From an uncultured Polycyclovorans sp. (GTDB lineage: Bacteria; Pseudomonadota; Gammaproteobacteria; Nevskiales; Nevskiaceae), in contig CAYROO010000010.1 in the NCBI GenBank assembly GCA_964425915.1, positions 7,314 to 71,313 of the forward strand: 64,000 nt of DNA. The letters are read 5' to 3'. The first letter of the stretch is position 1. Every line of letters begins with the position of its first letter. Shown piece by piece: positions 63,699 through 64,000 of the stretch. The translations under genes and the position numbers were made by a program. The notes beneath the pieces were generated by a model. It was given only the letters and a program-made list of their open reading frames with translations, did no database searches and was not told where the DNA came from.

Positions 63699-63721
63699 CG
63701 GGCGCATCGCGGGATGCGGGA

Positions 63722-64000
63722 TCAACGGGGGCCTTCGGCCCCCGTTTTTTTCGGGCGATCAAATGACCGCCGACCGCGCCACCACAGCGTAACCGCCGAC
63801 TGAACGGCCAGCGCTGCCAGCGCGCCGTAAAGTGCCAGCATCAACTGCGGCCAGGCCCGCGCCACCAGTCGCGGCAGGTGGCCCTTGTATAAACCCTTGA
63901 CCAGCCCAAGCCCTGGGTGCGGTCGCAGCAGTCGTGGCGCTGCCGCGATGACGAAGTCCAGCCCCGCAGGCCCGCGGTGCGCCCCTTCGCGCAACACGGG
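63722..64000 (-). CDS. Partial hypothetical protein (5' end beyond the window)
   Basis: The open frame runs to the window edge and contains one hydrophobic segment. Its last codons are formed by the terminator hairpin, so it may be spurious. Confidence 0.3.
   Translation of the reverse strand, partial: PVLREGAHRGPAGLDFVIAAAPRLLRPHPGLGLVKGLYKGHLPRLVARAWPQLMLALYGALAALAVQSAVTLWWRGRRSFDRPKKTGAEGPR
63725..63751. terminator. Rho-independent terminator (possibly bidirectional)
   Basis: The sequence is acgggggcc-ttc-ggcccccgt followed by tttttt, 27 nt after the lipoprotein stop. Confidence 0.8.

Noticed and set aside
1-64000. Mobile-element boundaries for the ~32-kb accessory half: integrase, transposase, IS inverted repeats, or flanking tRNA with a direct repeat.
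   Set aside because: I recognised no integrase or transposase ORF. The two tRNAs and the tmRNA lie in the core half rather than at the accessory/core junction (~32.2 kb). An island origin cannot be supported without compositional statistics or comparative genomics.

Overview
Visibly high-GC proteobacterial chromosomal window (GC not computed). The core-gene synteny looks gammaproteobacterial: hrcA-grpE-dnaK-dnaJ, nadK-recN-fur-bamE-rnfH...smpB-ssrA, and tig-clpP-clpX. The window has two parts.

The left ~32 kb looks accessory and holds three tightly packed modules:
(i) A plus-strand PUFA-synthase-like PKS operon. It encodes KS-AT-4xACP-KR-DH and KS-AT-DH-PPTase, followed by an alkaline-phosphatase-superfamily enzyme, a discrete ACP, two hydrolases and an SDR.
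(ii) A convergent minus-strand five-gene operon. It encodes a TolC-family protein, a polytopic-membrane/HlyD fusion, a six-blade propeller, a sulfotransferase and a PA/M28-like lipoprotein. No ABC, RND or MFS energiser is present.
(iii) A divergent plus-strand operon. It encodes two small unknown proteins, cytochrome b561, two copies of a DUF4266-like lipoprotein plus DUF3570-like barrel pair flanking ApbE and a TlpA-like thioredoxin, and then an OmpR/histidine-kinase pair.

The right ~32 kb is mostly housekeeping: chaperones, NAD kinase, RecN, Fur, BamE, SmpB, tmRNA, FolE, ClpXP, trigger factor, tRNA-Leu, tRNA-Pro, YciO/YciB/YciI/BolA and OmpA-like proteins. Small accessory insertions sit among these: a TetR-controlled unit ending in an adaptor-less RND pump, a Fur-box-controlled hemP-hmuUV unit, a MerR/LitR-like regulator with folE, and a NarL-type regulator next to a porin.

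I saw no transposase, integrase, CRISPR array or rRNA. All family names come from motif recognition by eye and need HMM or BLAST confirmation. Many long alternative-frame ORFs in the track are high-GC artefacts.
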